Part shown: positions 14,455 to 27,887 of the stretch, in pieces
Layout of the letters: each line of letters opens with the position of its first letter
Numbering within the stretch: the first letter of the stretch is position 1
Assembly: GCA_951406725.2 (NCBI GenBank)
Contig: OX597834.1
Location: forward strand, 11,036,001 to 11,100,000
DNA: 64,000 nt
Direction: 5' to 3'
From: Octopus vulgaris
Taxonomy: Eukaryota
Made by a program: the position numbers and the translations under genes
The notes under the pieces: generated by a model
Seen by the model: only the letters and a program-made list of their open reading frames with translations
Told to the model about the DNA's origin: nothing
The model's database searches: none

Positions 14455-14820
14455 AGCTCTATGTTTAAGAGATGAGGAATTATGCACATTATTTACATTA
14501 TTGACATTTGACGGATATTTTTCCTCATCTTAACCACTACGCCATATGCTCGTGGACATATGGCGTAGTGGTTAAGAGCGCGGGCTACTAACCCCAAGAT
14601 TCCGAGATCGTTTCCAGACAGATACCTGCATAATAATAATAATAATGATGATGATGATGATGATAATATCGAAAAATACCTTAGGGATGGGAACCCAGGT
14701 TTTAATTTTTTTCATGACACCTGATGAAGGCTGGAGGGTATTTCAGCCGAAACGTTGTGTTAACAATAAAGAAGATGAGAAGAAATATACGTCAAATGTA
14801 AATAATGTAAATAATGTAGC
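14455..14820 (+). mobile_element. tRNA-headed, hammerhead-containing short element with an inverted, internally deleted second copy upstream
   Basis: A box TGGCGTAGTGG at 14561-14571, degenerate B box at 14604-14615, hammerhead at 14716-14761. Tail 14772-14818 is inverted at about 14483-14530. Head is inverted at 14531-14548. Confidence 0.75.
14716..14761 (+). ncRNA. Minimal type I hammerhead ribozyme (canonical CUGAUGA/GAAA core)
   Basis: GACAC-CTGATGA-A-GGCTG(gagggtattt)CAGCC-GAAA-CG-TT-GTGTT: 5-bp stem I, 5-bp stem II, palindromic AACGTT stem III. Confidence 0.75.
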
Positions 14821-14949
14821 AGGGTTATAGTATAGTATAGTAAGTCAACGGTGTAACGCCGTTAGTACGAGAGGTTCGGAAGGTAAAGAGGGGGGGCGAA
14901 ATACCTTAAATTAGTAAATTAAGCAAAGCTAAAAAGAGTTAAAAGAAGT

Positions 14950-15170
14950 TATAGACAAACAATTGGTAGTAACTGTTTGCCAAGTGTGATTGAGTAGATC
15001 TGAATACACAAGATTTTCAGCCATTACCACATGTAGAGCTTCCTGGATTTTCTTTTCCCCGAGACATATGGCTTCTGCGTTTGTATTATCCATTTCAACT
15101 TCCTCTCATTTTTAACGAAGTCGGTATAAACAAATACTCTCAAGTTTCGCTCAGACTCTAGTAACGCGGT
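14950..15170 (-). pseudogene. Highly degenerate PLE GIY-YIG C-terminal relic
   Basis: Reverse complement reads LKWIIQTQKPYVSGKRK...YSDLLNHTWQTVT, resembling IKW..KPY..LLN..C of PLE endonucleases. Confidence 0.4.
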
Positions 15171-15845
15171 GGAGTTAATAAGATTTGCTGAAACTTAAAT
15201 AGATTAAAATTCACCCATAGAAAGAAGGTCAGAGACACCTTCCATGATATTAACGAAATGGGTGGCAATTGGATTACATCCTAAGCGAATAGATTCGGTG
15301 TCAGCTTAATGGAGCAATTCTACATTTTGAGTCAACCAGACAGCCAACAAAAAAGAGAGCGTATATACAATATACACGTTACAGATATGAATTTTAATGT
15401 TTAACCCAAATCATTTCCTACTGTTACACATGTAGACCATCACGTCTGATGAAGGTCACAAATACGATTCTCTGTCATTTGTGCATTCCTCATTTCCATT
15501 CCAGTTTCTGCTATGAAACAGCAATGGCCACGGTCACTGAATCTATTTTCCGAATTGATAAAATTTGGAAAAACTTTATTTTAAATATATATAAATAATT
15601 TAATGCCTCAGACAGGGTTAATAACGTTGGCATTGCTGTTTAGATACTAGCCAGACTTCATCAGTACGGACTATGCGGAAAGGAATTTCAGTCCGTAAAA
15701 TACCATCCCCTTGGAATGGCTTAGATTCATGGTCTATTAGGATAGACTATCAGGATAACAGTTCGAGTTCTCTGGGATAGTTACCATTTCCTCATAAGTA
15801 GTATAATTAAAATTAGACAAGACTTAAATATCCGTTTCCAATTGT

Positions 15846-16278
15846 GAAACAAGGCCAGCAATTACGGTGTTAGGGGTAAGTCGATTAGATCCACAACGCT
15901 GTTCAAACAGTAGTTATTTTATCATTCTCTAAATGATGAAGGGCAAAGACTACTTCAACAGATTTTTAGCTCAGAATGCAAAGACGAAGCAAATGGTGCT
16001 AAGCATTTTATTCGACCTGCTTACGATTCAGCCAGCTCGCCGCCTTAGACAATGCTTAGATAGTGATTTAAAATTCTGACACAATGCCAGTAGTTTCGGA
16101 GTCAGGAATAAGTCAATTGAATCGACGCCAGTGCTTAAACGGTTCTTATTTTATCGATTCCGAAATAATGAAAGGTAAATATAGCCTCGTCAGAATTGAA
16201 ACTTACAATGTAAGATGGACGAAATGGCGCTAATAATTTTGGCGATTTTGCTAACAATTCTGCCTCTGTACTGCTTTA
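15846..16278 (-). mobile_element. Two tandem diverged copies of SINE family 2
   Basis: Each reverse complement has an AAGGCGGCGAGCTGGC-like head, TTCTGAG-like B region and TTTCATC..GATAAAATAA core. Confidence 0.7.
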
Positions 16279-16982
16279 CAATGCTTTAATATTAGCGTCT
16301 ATTTTTAAGAGGTTGTGTGACATACATAATCGTATACGTCCTTTCTGAATTTAAGACAGGGAATGTACCATTCAAGTAAGATTCAGCCGCTATTTGTACA
16401 ATGCCTACGAGCACATATACCGCTAATCTTTTCGCTCATCTGCCGAAAGATTATCTGATATTATTTACCAATCAATAAGCAAAGATTTTTCACATTTCTT
16501 TTGTCAAACAGAAACAGATACGACCATGGAAGCAGCAACCCTGAAAGGTATGTACTTCCAAGTAAACTAACCCCCAAAACATTAGAAATTGTCGAGGCTT
16601 TTAAAGATTTTATATGGATATCGATTCTTGTATTGGCATGGCATATGTTCCAACACTGCAGAAGGATTAAATGCAAAGGTTGCTTTTCTGCATGAAAACT
16701 TGCCAATAAATAACGCAAGGTAGTGTCATCCCTAAGCCCTATTGATTCCGATAAATCAAAATGTTCTCGTTCTCTCTCTCTCTTTTGTGTTTTGATTCCT
16801 AAACTGTCATATTATGATAATTCTTTTCCGAACAATTTCTGATATACTTATAAGTTCTTAATGTTGTTTAACAGGTGGACAAATATGAACACTGGCTTTA
16901 AAAAACTCACGTCAGACTTGTTTATACATAGATATATTGACATATATGCGTGTAGACACGCATATACATGCATATATATATA

Positions 16983-17337
<355 letters not shown>

Positions 17338-17344
17338 GGACTAA

Positions 17345-17530
17345 CAATTTCGGGGAAGATGTAAGTCGCTGACATCAAGTCAGAGCTCAGCTGGTACTTA
17401 TTTAATTGTCCCTTTAAAGAATGAAAGGCTAGGTAAACTCGACCACGACGGATATTGAACTAAGAATATAAAAAGTGATGAAATGCAGCAAATCATTTTG
17501 CCAGTGCGCTAACGATTCTGCCAGCTCAAC
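17345..17530 (-). mobile_element. SINE family 2, diverged
   Basis: CTGGTACTTATTT core and GCTAACGATTCTGCCAGCTC head, both in reverse orientation. Confidence 0.65.
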
Positions 17531-17889
17531 ATCTTATATGATAATATATATTTGTCGGCAAGCGGCATATGACGAAACGTACTCCAATCACAACCAATGC
17601 ATCACTGTATATATCTATCTATCTATATATAGTGTAATAAATAAAATATATGCATACATACAAGCATATATGTACGTACCTACATCTACATGTACATATA
17701 CATGCATATATAAATATATATACGTGAGTACAGGACACCACAACTAGACGTAGAACTCAACGAGAAACGAAAACGGAAAAACAAGCATGAAACAAACCAT
17801 TTTTTTACAACAGAAAAACAGAGTACAACACAAACTACACAAGGAAACATCCCCTTCATCAGTTGTCTCTAGTTCAACTCTAGCGTGTT

Positions 17890-17982
<93 letters not shown>

Positions 17983-18349
17983 TCTGCTCAGAGCTGCGGC
18001 CATGCTGATGCACCGCCGTTTGTGCTGCACTGTTATTACTAAGAGCCTCCTCTAATATGTGGCACTTGGTGAAGAATGAAGTTTGATATAGCTATCCTTA
18101 TTTGCACCTCTTGCCGTGAGGTAAATGATCATTTATAAGCTTTTACACAATTTGAAAACATCTCACTCTTTTTCTTCTAACCCGTGTAAAATTGGAGGAA
18201 CATTTCGCTACTATTTCTAGATGCTTTAGAAACCACATAGACACTGCTACATTTATACGTGTGCGTATATAGCTTTATATATTTGCCTAACGCGTATTGC
18301 AACGAAACCGTCGTACATATTCATTTTAGTATATCTTCAGCTACCTAAT

Positions 18350-18748
18350 ACTCTTTTACTTGTTTCAGTCATTTGACTGCGGCCATGCTGGAGCACCGCC
18401 TTTAGTCGAGCAAATCGACCCCGGGACTTATTCTTTTGTAAGCCCAGTACTTATTCTATCGGTCTCTTTTGCCGAACCGCTAAGCTACGGGGACGTAAAC
18501 ACACCAGCATCGATTGTCAAGCGATGTTGGGGAGACAAACACAGACACACAAACACACACATACATATACATATATATATATACGACAGGCTTCTTTCAG
18601 TTTCCGTCTACCAAATCCACTCACAAGGCTTTGGTTGGCCCGAGGCTATAGTAGAAGACACACATGCCCAAGATGCCACGCAGTGGGACTGAACCCGGAA
18701 CCATGTGGTTGGTAAACAAGCTACTTACCACACAGCCACTCCTGCGCC
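18350..18748 (-). mobile_element. SINE family 1, full length
   Basis: Reverse complement of the 1618-2056 type from head to tail. Confidence 0.9.
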
Positions 18749-19168
18749 TATATACACACTTCGTTTAAAACTCTGGATATTGATGTGCCTAGAAGAAAAA
18801 TGTCGTGTATATTTTTAATAGATTTAGTATTTGTTGGATAAAACATTTCCAAAATCATGCTTTCTTCTTAATCTTATACGCTGCACCATTGTACGTTCTG
18901 GGGGAGTGAAAACTATAAGAAAAGGCGAAAGTATTCCCATGTTAACATCCAACTCTAATTCCAGTAACGTAGTTTATTTTACGAATGCATAATGTTATTC
19001 TTATTAGTGAAATTCGTGAACGTAAACTTTGCTGAGAGACATTTACACTAGTGGATTTAATAATATGTGAATTCATTATACACACACACACACACACACG
19101 CACGTGTATAGATGTGTGCATATGTATGTGCTTGTCTGTGAGTGCGTTTGCGTCTGTACATTTGCATG

Positions 19169-19231
<63 letters not shown>

Positions 19232-19872
19232 GTATATATATATATGTATATATAGAGAGAGAGATATATATGTATATATATATATATAGATATATATAAT
19301 TGCATGTGTGTATATATATATATATATATATGCATGTATGTATGTATGTATGTGATGTGTGTATGTATACAGTTTGCTGAAATTCTTGCCAGCTATTTTT
19401 GCTTTAAAGCTCTGTCCATTAGAAGCATTTAATGCAATTGGTTCCAATCCAATCGACCTCTTTGAATGTTTCCATTGAAATGCTAATCGCTAAATCCTTT
19501 AGGAGTGCATTTAAAATGTTGTGCGGCTGCAAAGACATCAGAAAACTGCACGTTTATTACTGGCATTAGGATACACCATGCCAAAAATTTAAATGAATTC
19601 GGAATTCTGATTACGCTAACAGCCTTATATTTATGTAAAAAGATGTGCGCAGTTTTTATATCTACGATTACACATGAACAAATGCAAAAACGCAGTGATA
19701 TGATGTAGTTCGAGGAATTAAAAATTAACGAAATGTGAGTGTAGGAAACTGAGTGACACAGTTTCGAATTATAGCTAGGGTTAATAGCAGAAATCTGAAA
19801 CAAGCACAATAATGATATAATTTATTTTTAAGTGACTGTGCATGCCCCGTATGTATGTATGTAAGCATATAC

Positions 19873-19940
<68 letters not shown>

Positions 19941-20053
19941 CTGCGGCAGATAAAACCGCCTTTTGTCGAGATAACAAACTTATTACTTTGAAAGCCCGTA
20001 CTTATTATAGACCTCAACCGCTATTATGTAAATACAGGAAATTTATCTATTAG

Positions 20054-20116
<63 letters not shown>

Positions 20117-20125
20117 TACATATAT

Positions 20126-20282
20126 ACGACGGGCTTCTTTCAGTTTCCGTCTACCAAATCCACTCACAAGGCATTGGTCGGCCCGGGGCTATAGCAGAAG
20201 ACACTTGCCCATGGTGCCACGCAGTGTGAATGAACCATGTGGTTGGTTAGCAAGCTACTTACCACACAGCCACTCCTGCGCC
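20126..20282 (-). mobile_element. SINE family 1, 5' half
   Basis: Runs from the head to the internal (TA)n only. Confidence 0.85.
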
Positions 20283-20287
20283 TATAC

Positions 20288-20323
<36 letters not shown>

Positions 20324-20483
20324 TATGTATTGGTGTTTCTATGTGAGTGTGACTGTGTGTGTTTGTGTGTGTATGTGTGTGCGTGAATACTTTTATTGAA
20401 GCTGCAATGTCTACACAAGCTGGTATACGTGACGATTTTCAGCTTATATCAAAGCATAACACTGCACCTTCAGTACTCGAGTG

Positions 20484-20521
<38 letters not shown>

Positions 20522-20528
<7 letters not shown>

Positions 20529-20596
20529 GGAAAAATCCAGACTTACAGGGAAAAATTAGATTTCGGATTAAATCCAATTTTATAGTATAAATATAT

Positions 20597-20605
<9 letters not shown>
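20522..20605 (-). mobile_element. Tail fragment of the 39362/39800 fold-back element family
   Basis: Reverse complement matches TTTTACTATAAAATTGGATTCAATCCTAAATCTGATTTTTCCCTGTAA..CCCTAATAT. (TA)n on both sides. Confidence 0.7.
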
Positions 20606-20660
<55 letters not shown>

Positions 20661-20949
20661 ACCCATATGTGTGATCGACCGCACACACACTGACACACAC
20701 ATATATTTATATGTATGAACGATCTCACATACTGTGTGTGTATTATTTATTTACTGGTTTGCTGCAGAAGAAGGCGTGAGGGAACAACTCATTCATTATG
20801 ATGCGTGTTAAAGAACCTGTCGTCAAAGGAGTCAGTGGACATTTTTTTTATATTACCTTTGTTCAGTGTTTTACAAGGACGTAAATACACCAACATCGGT
20901 TGTAAAAAGGATGGTCGGCAGTGAAACATTGATATAGACATATATATAT

Positions 20950-21358
20950 GTGGCTGTGTGGTAAGTAGCTTGTTTACCAACCACATGGTTCCGGGTTCAG
21001 TCCCACTGCGTGGCATCTCGGGCAAGTGTCTTCTGCTATAGCCCCGGGCCGACCAATGCCTTGTGAGTGGATTTGGTAGACGGAAACTGAAAGAAGCCTG
21101 TCGTATATATGTACATATATATATATATATGTACGTGTGTGTGTTTGTGTGTCTGTGTTTCTTCTCCTAGCATTGCTTGACAACCGATGCTTGTGTGTTT
21201 AGGTCCCCGTCACCTAGCGGTTCGTCAAAAAGAGACCGATAGAATAAGTACTGGGCTTACAAAAGAATAAGTCCCGGGGTCGAGTTGCTCGACTAAAGGC
21301 GGTGCTCCAGTATGGACGCAGTCAAAAGACTGAAACAAGTAAAAGAGTAAAAGAGTAA
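20950..21358 (+). mobile_element. SINE family 1
   Basis: Near full-length match to other copies. Confidence 0.9.
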
Positions 21359-21372
21359 ATATATATATATAT

Positions 21373-21772
21373 AAACATTTGTAAACACCTGTAAGCACGT
21401 TCTATATAGGTGTTGACCGGTGTATATTTGAAAAAGAGGACAAATAGTTGTTCGTCCGTACAAAGAAGGCAGAATTATATCCCTATTCCATAGGGAAATG
21501 ATCTTGATTAAATTTTCCAAGTTAGAGAAATGTGTTTATTAAATTATTTGAGACACCAAATTAGTTTACTAAAACCTGTAGAATTAGGTTTATGAATGCA
21601 TTTTAATACAGGCGCAGGAGTGGCTGTGTGGTAAGTAGCTTCCTTACCAACCACATGGTTCCGGGTTCAGTCCCACTGCGTGGCACCTTGGGCAACTGTC
21701 TTCTGCTATAGCCTCGGGCCGACCAATGCCTTGTGAGCGGATTCGGTAGACGGAAACTGAAAGAAGCCTGTC

Positions 21773-21844
<72 letters not shown>

Positions 21845-22990
21845 GTGTGTATATGTTTGTGTGTCTGTGTTTGTCCCCCAAGCATTGCTTGACAACCGAT
21901 GCTGGTGTGTTTACGTCCCCGTTACTTAGCGGTTCGGCAAAAGAGACCGATAGAATAAGTACTGGGCTTACAAAAAGAATAAGTCCCGGGGTCGAGTTGC
22001 TCGACTAAAGGCGGTGCTCCAGCATGGCCGCAGTCAAATGACTGAAACAAGTAAAAGAGTAAAAGAGAAAGAATATAGAATGCTGATTGTGATACGCAGT
22101 TTCAATTCCATAGAACCAAGTTCAACAAAAGAATTCTTTAGTTCCTGCAGTAATTTTATATTGGTAAACAGTGTTCGTAATTCTGCAATTTCCGTTGAGA
22201 ACACAAATTATATTTGGACTAAAATTACAAGGACTATTACTATTGATAGTATTATTTAAGGAAAGGTTATGGTTATTATTAATGCTATAACAGTCACTAA
22301 GTGAAACCTTCTCACCTTTAATAATATAGTCGTTATGCACGGATACAATCTGTAGTAGGTTATCGGTGTTGGAAAAGCCAATTCTGATACGGTAGGTGTT
22401 GAAAATGAAGTGGTACCTGAAATTTTGGGGGAAGTAACTTTGGATAGCTTGACGAAATAGTTAGGGAAGGTTACTTTGAACTTGTTTTCCATATGGAACG
22501 ATCAGCCAGATTTTTTTTACTAGGGTTATGCGAGTTATAGAGAGAGCTCTTGTTAAAAATCCTAACGTCTTTTTTATTATTATTTTTACAGAAAACGTGT
22601 TTTTTTCAGTAAGACCCTTCAGTTATAGTTGATTTTAAGGGGAAAGCGATTTTTGACGTACATTCTTTGTTCCACGTTTTTTCAAATCGTAAATTATTAT
22701 TGTAATTTTCACTGAGTAGCATAATATTGCAATCGCAGCTGGGAACATTTTTCCCAGTTTTTCGAACGTCTCCATCACGCCCAGTTCATCGATTATTTAA
22801 TGGCTGTTTTTTTTCAGTTGAGTATGGAGAGCTCTTGGATGAAATGGATTAATTTAATACGTGTTTTGGTGGTGTACACGTAGCCCGTTCTGGATCGATA
22901 CAATTTACGTAACATTATGAGTTGATAGACGCGGAATACACAATACCATTGCCTCTCAAATATTGGCTAATTCATGGCTTGCATATGATT
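21373..22990 (-). pseudogene. PLE relic (Naiad-like): N-terminal region plus GIY-YIG, RT apparently deleted, interrupted by a SINE
   Basis: 22075-22250 reads SPCNFSPNIICVLNGNCRITNTVYQYKIT..LKLRI. 21373-21605 reads NSTGFSKLIWCLK..TWKI*SRSFPYG..FCLLCTDE..RAYRC. The upstream extent is less certain. Confidence 0.7.
21611..22073 (+). mobile_element. SINE family 1, full length, inserted in the PLE endonuclease
   Basis: Complete head, B box GGTTCAGTCC and (AAAAGAGT)n tail. Confidence 0.9.
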
Positions 22991-23219
22991 TATAGAAGGG
23001 AATTTAATTGTAGTACTTCCGGTAGAATGCGATATTAATGTTATTATCAGCCACATGCAGGGCATAAGAATAATTTCATGTCAGAATTTGAATTACTTTT
23101 AACTATCAAATTTTAGATAATTTGCATTGTAAATGATATTGCGAATTAAATACAAAATAATCTATAATATAATATTGGATAGCTCAACAATAATTCCCGT
23201 CAATATTACTACATGCATA

Positions 23220-23605
23220 AAACGGCGAGCTGGTCGAATCGTTAGCACGCTGGGCAAAGTATTTACCGGCATGCATCCGTCTTTACGCTCTGTGTTCAAA
23301 TTCCTATGAGCTCAACTTTGCCTTTCATCATTTCGTAGTAGATAAAATAAGTACCATTTAGAAACAGGAGTCGATTTAATCGACTTAACCCCTATCCTTT
23401 TGGACTCTATGCACAAGACCCGAAATTTTGGGGGAGAAGCACTCGATTAGATCGACCGCAGTATGTAACTGGTTATTAATTTATCGACTCCAAAACGATG
23501 AAAAGCAAAATTGACCTCCGCGGAATTTTAACTTAGAACGTAAACACAGACGAAATAGCGATAAACATTTCGCCTGGCTTGCTAACGCTTCTGCCATCTC
23601 GGCAC
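23220..23605. mobile_element. Tail-to-tail inverted pair of SINE family 2
   Basis: Plus copy 23220-23390 (CGGCGAGCTGG..TTTGCCTTTCATC..GATAAAATAAGTACC); minus copy about 23410-23605. Confidence 0.75.
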
Positions 23606-23852
23606 CTACCATTTTCTAATATCACTAAATTCACTTTATTGCGTATTTGTTCTTTTAATTCTACGTGAAATATGATTATTGCACAGCGGCAATTATAACA
23701 TAGTAACAGTAGGATCAAATAGAAAAGCTGTGTAATGCTGATTATTAAATTGTCATATGACTAATGCTATAATTTGTGTTATTCGCTACATAATAGAGTT
23801 AATCTATCATTTGTTACAGTCAAAGCATTCCAAAGGTTACACCACAAGCTTG

Positions 23853-23920
<68 letters not shown>

Positions 23921-24162
23921 GTATAAATGCACTTTTCACGGGAGTCGACTGGGTCAAAGTGTGGCCGCTTGACGAGCGAGAATTTGGTATTTTTGCTTAA
24001 TAACAAAACGTACTGAAGCTGGCACACAGCATAGGAAATCCCAGATCCTGTATTAAATGCACGTCTTCTTACGGATATCCTTCAATACAGATTCCACCGA
24101 CCTCACTGTGTTATGTAGTGGATCCATGATTTCAGAAAAATTCCTTTGGGTGCGCAAGTATA

Positions 24163-24213
<51 letters not shown>

Positions 24214-25147
24214 ATATATATATATGTAATGCACCATATATGGATATAATTAATCCGGTGGTACTCATTAATAATCTCCTGTAATCCAATGATTCCAGTT
24301 GGTAATGATAATTTATGAAGAGATTATAAATTATTAGCATAAAGAGGAGGTATATGATGAAAGAATATAATTCATCAATTGACATCCATGTTACCATGAT
24401 CGATTTGCAGCATTTATGATATAAAAGCAATTCATTTTAGGATTTATTATCCTTTTAGGATAATAAATCAATAAATAATAAATTATATTACATGCAGGTA
24501 TTAATCTATAGAATATAAGTTATACAACCCAGTTGAATAATTTATAAATTAAAATAGGTAAAATATTTTGTTATTGCTCATCAGGTCAAATAATGTCATT
24601 TTTCCCGAACGTAACAAATGATAAATGTTCTAAATCATATAAAATACAAGATAAACGATAACGATATTAAATGACAATTTAGTGGCCAACATATTACTTA
24701 TAACATATGACAGATTTTCCATCTGTCATATTACTGTGGCGGTAGCATAAGTACAGTTCGAGCATCTTTAAATAAATTGCTTTACTTTCATAGCTTGCAG
24801 AACAGAACAACTCTGCTGCGGATATCGGAAGCAGACCGGATATGGGTTACTTGATGTGACAACGAATCTATTCAACACAGACATAATCGTAATATATATT
24901 CTTACAAACAACTATATATATATGCATATGTAAAACATTGCTGTTTCAGAAAACAAAAAAAAAAAATTTCACTATTCCATTTCTTTTTACATTAACAGCA
25001 GTTTCAGCTTTAATATGATACCTTGTTGGGTGCATAAAATCGTAATTCCATGCATGTATGTTTTCACAAGGCACTTCAATTTTTCTTTTTTCGTAGCACG
25101 ATTCCTTAATGCTGATTTGCATGTGGTTAACTCCATCGTAAGAAAGC

Positions 25148-25185
<38 letters not shown>

Positions 25186-25187
<2 letters not shown>

Positions 25188-25395
25188 CAGTATGTGACCT
25201 CGTGAAGACCACTTGCATTCTTTTCCCTCTGTCCTCCCACCTCGTGATCTTTCTTTTTCCTATGTTTCCGACGAAGAGCTCCGCTCGAAACGTCATACCC
25301 TCCTTCTTCCCTTCTTTCCTGAGCGCCCAATAATACTTTATTTGTTCCACATCCTCGCGTTGTTGTCTTTTTGTTTTCTTGTTTGGATTAACTTT
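25186..25395 (+). mobile_element. Family A hammerhead-bearing element
   Basis: CCGACGA at 25268-25274, GAGC/GCTC stem, GAAACGTC. (TA)n on both sides. Confidence 0.75.
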
Positions 25396-25409
25396 ATATA
25401 TATATATAT

Positions 25410-25948
25410 AACTAAAAATAATGGTGTCTGAGAGACACCACCATGCCTTATTTATAAATTTATAAAATTCGTCACTATATTCACTGCGGTGTTTATTTTG
25501 ATCATATCGTGCTTATAGGGTGTTTTGGGCGGGCAATTTAACTGGCATTGTACATATGTGCACATATATGTATGTATGGACGTTCGTATATGTAAGTATA
25601 ACGTTTGTTCTGCATATATTTATTTGTATTTATGTGTCTACCTGATATATTCAACTGACGAGGCAAAGCTTATTTAAAGCAAAGCTAGAAATCCAGGATC
25701 TTGAATTATTCAGTAATATTTTTTGCTAGTCTATTTCGTCCCTCTGTCTTAACTCATGGTGCGATATGAACATTTAACGTGGTTCATAGAGTCAGGGTTT
25801 TGACTGCTATTTCGGCATGGTGGTGTCTCTCAGATACCCTTATTTTTAGTTGTAAAAAAATTATTACCTTTGTATGGTATTTTTCCCATGCTGGCCACTT
25901 GATAATATCGATATTTAAATATCGATATTATCCTTATTTATAAATTCA
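25410..25948 (+). mobile_element. PLE-type terminal element with inverted 5' tail copy, hammerhead and 3' palindrome
   Basis: 25410-25447 is inverted at 25813-25850. Perfect 32-bp palindrome at 25901-25932. Bounded by (TA)n. Confidence 0.65.
25649..25706 (+). ncRNA. Minimal type I hammerhead ribozyme
   Basis: ATTCAA-CTGACGA-(GGC..GCTT/AAGC..GCT)-A-GAAA-TCCAGGA-TC-TTGAAT: 6-bp stem I, quasi-palindromic stem III, AUC triplet. Confidence 0.7.
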
Positions 25949-25960
25949 TATATATATATA

Positions 25961-26360
25961 CTAGCAGTATCGCCCGGCGTTGCTCGGGTTTGTAAGGGAA
26001 ATAACTATATAAGCATTTTTAGAGAGTTATAGCCAAAAAATAGCAAAACAATGCATTAAAAATGGAAAAAAAATGATGGTACATCTTTTTTTAAATCGTT
26101 GACTGATCGTAGACATTTTTAGAGAGTTACTTCCCTTATATAATAGCGGAAAAAATGCATTAAAATGGAAGACAAATGATGGTAAATTGTTTTTTAAATC
26201 GTAGATTCATCGTAGATGCGCGCTAATACCCAGAAGTGCTCGATATGAATCACGACTATAAGATACCCGGTTTTGGTTAAACTGCACCGCAAAATGTGGG
26301 AGTAGTTAGGAATCTAAATTGTAGGAGACAGACACACAACTTCACTTTTATATATAAAGA
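25961..26360 (-). mobile_element. Non-autonomous Helitron
   Basis: Reverse complement starts A|TCTTTATATATAAAA and ends CCCGAGCAACGCCGGGCGATACTGCTAG|T. Homologous to 37946-38279. Confidence 0.75.
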
Positions 26361-27163
26361 TATATATGGATATGAACTTCTACACATTTGCTATATACAT
26401 TCAATTTGAAACTAGCATATAGCTTTTAATGAACTGTCACCGAATAGGAAGATCTGCAAACAGATCTCTGACAGTTGCTTCCTCAAGATTCATATCCCAA
26501 TCATGATCAGGAAAAAGGAAGAAAAATGACAGTTGGTTAAGTGTTTAGTATGTTGGCTACAGACAGTTGGTTAAGGGATTAGTATGTTGGCTACGAGACG
26601 TTGTACATCATATCCTACTCTCTCTCACATACCCTTACTCTCTCTCTCTCTTTCTCACTTTCTCTCTCTCTCTCTATTTCTCCCACTGCCACCATTAACA
26701 CTGCTACTTTTAATAAAACATCATCAACTCTCCCTAAATTTCATTGTCATTCTTTCACTCCCTCTCTTTTACTTTTTTTCGTTCTCACTGTCTTTCTATG
26801 TCTCTCTGTCTTCGCCACCGCCCTCACCGTCTCCATGCCCACGATTACTCTCCCCTAACTCTAGGAATAGTAGAAGTGTCATTGAATAGTGAGAGAGGGG
26901 GTCAAATTGTGACACAAGGACTCACAGAAATGAGTTTCCGCATGTATTATATAATGTATACACATCAATTTTAATATCATACGATACTGTTTTTTTTGTT
27001 GCATATATAGTTGGTATAATACTTGTATTTTGATATCATACGGTTCCCTCCTGTTGCATCATTAACTATTACGTGTATATGTAACTTTACCTATATGTTA
27101 TTCATTAATTTTCCGTGCATGCTTGAGAAATGAGTATAACATTGAATAGTTGCATGCACTTGG

Positions 27164-27210
<47 letters not shown>

Positions 27211-27219
27211 TATATACAT

Positions 27220-27250
<31 letters not shown>

Positions 27251-27288
27251 CATATCTATATATGGAATAATATATATGAATCTGTATG

Positions 27289-27327
<39 letters not shown>

Positions 27328-27358
27328 TTATGTATGTATATATATATATATATATAAT

Positions 27359-27410
<52 letters not shown>

Positions 27411-27887
27411 GATAGATAGATAGATAGATATATATATATACATATCTATATCTGGAATAATATATATGAATGTGTATATATGTATATATATATATATATA
27501 TATGGCATAATATGTGTGCTTGTGTGTTTATGTGTGTAAATATATTTATATGGACATATGCACATATGTTTGTTTACACGTATTTACATATGCGTGCTTA
27601 TGATTATATAAATATATAGTGTACAATATATGTGTGTACAAAAAAAGTAACCTTCAACTGTCACTTTACATTGTTCTTTTTCTATTACTTCTATTTCCTT
27701 TTCCACCTCTTTCCTTTTCCATGGATCCCCGTATGGAGTATTATTAATAGTTTTCTTTCTGTCCTTAATAATAAAGATTCCATCTTTTGATGTGCTCACT
27801 TCCAATCATTCACGATTTATCGTATTTATGATATTACTAGCTGACCCCCGTGCCGTCAAAAATGACGGCTAGTATTTTATATATATA

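Noticed and set aside
14555-14620. tRNA gene
   Set aside because: B box is degenerate and there is no acceptor-stem closure; it is a SINE-type head. The same applies to 29900-29968.
15446-15520. CTGATGA hammerhead candidate
   Set aside because: No GAAA closing stem II and no stem I partner.
17725-17893. Minus-strand CGAAAC...CTGATGAAGG motif
   Set aside because: Probably a PLE-type tail, but the motifs do not assemble into a complete fold.
18360-18715. Recurrent ORFs such as FQSFDCGHAGAPP and [14 protein letters not shown]
   Set aside because: They are incidental frames of the non-coding SINE family 1.
27200-27480. Short duplications inside microsatellite fields (also 62970/63270)
   Set aside because: Explained by ordinary slippage or unequal exchange.
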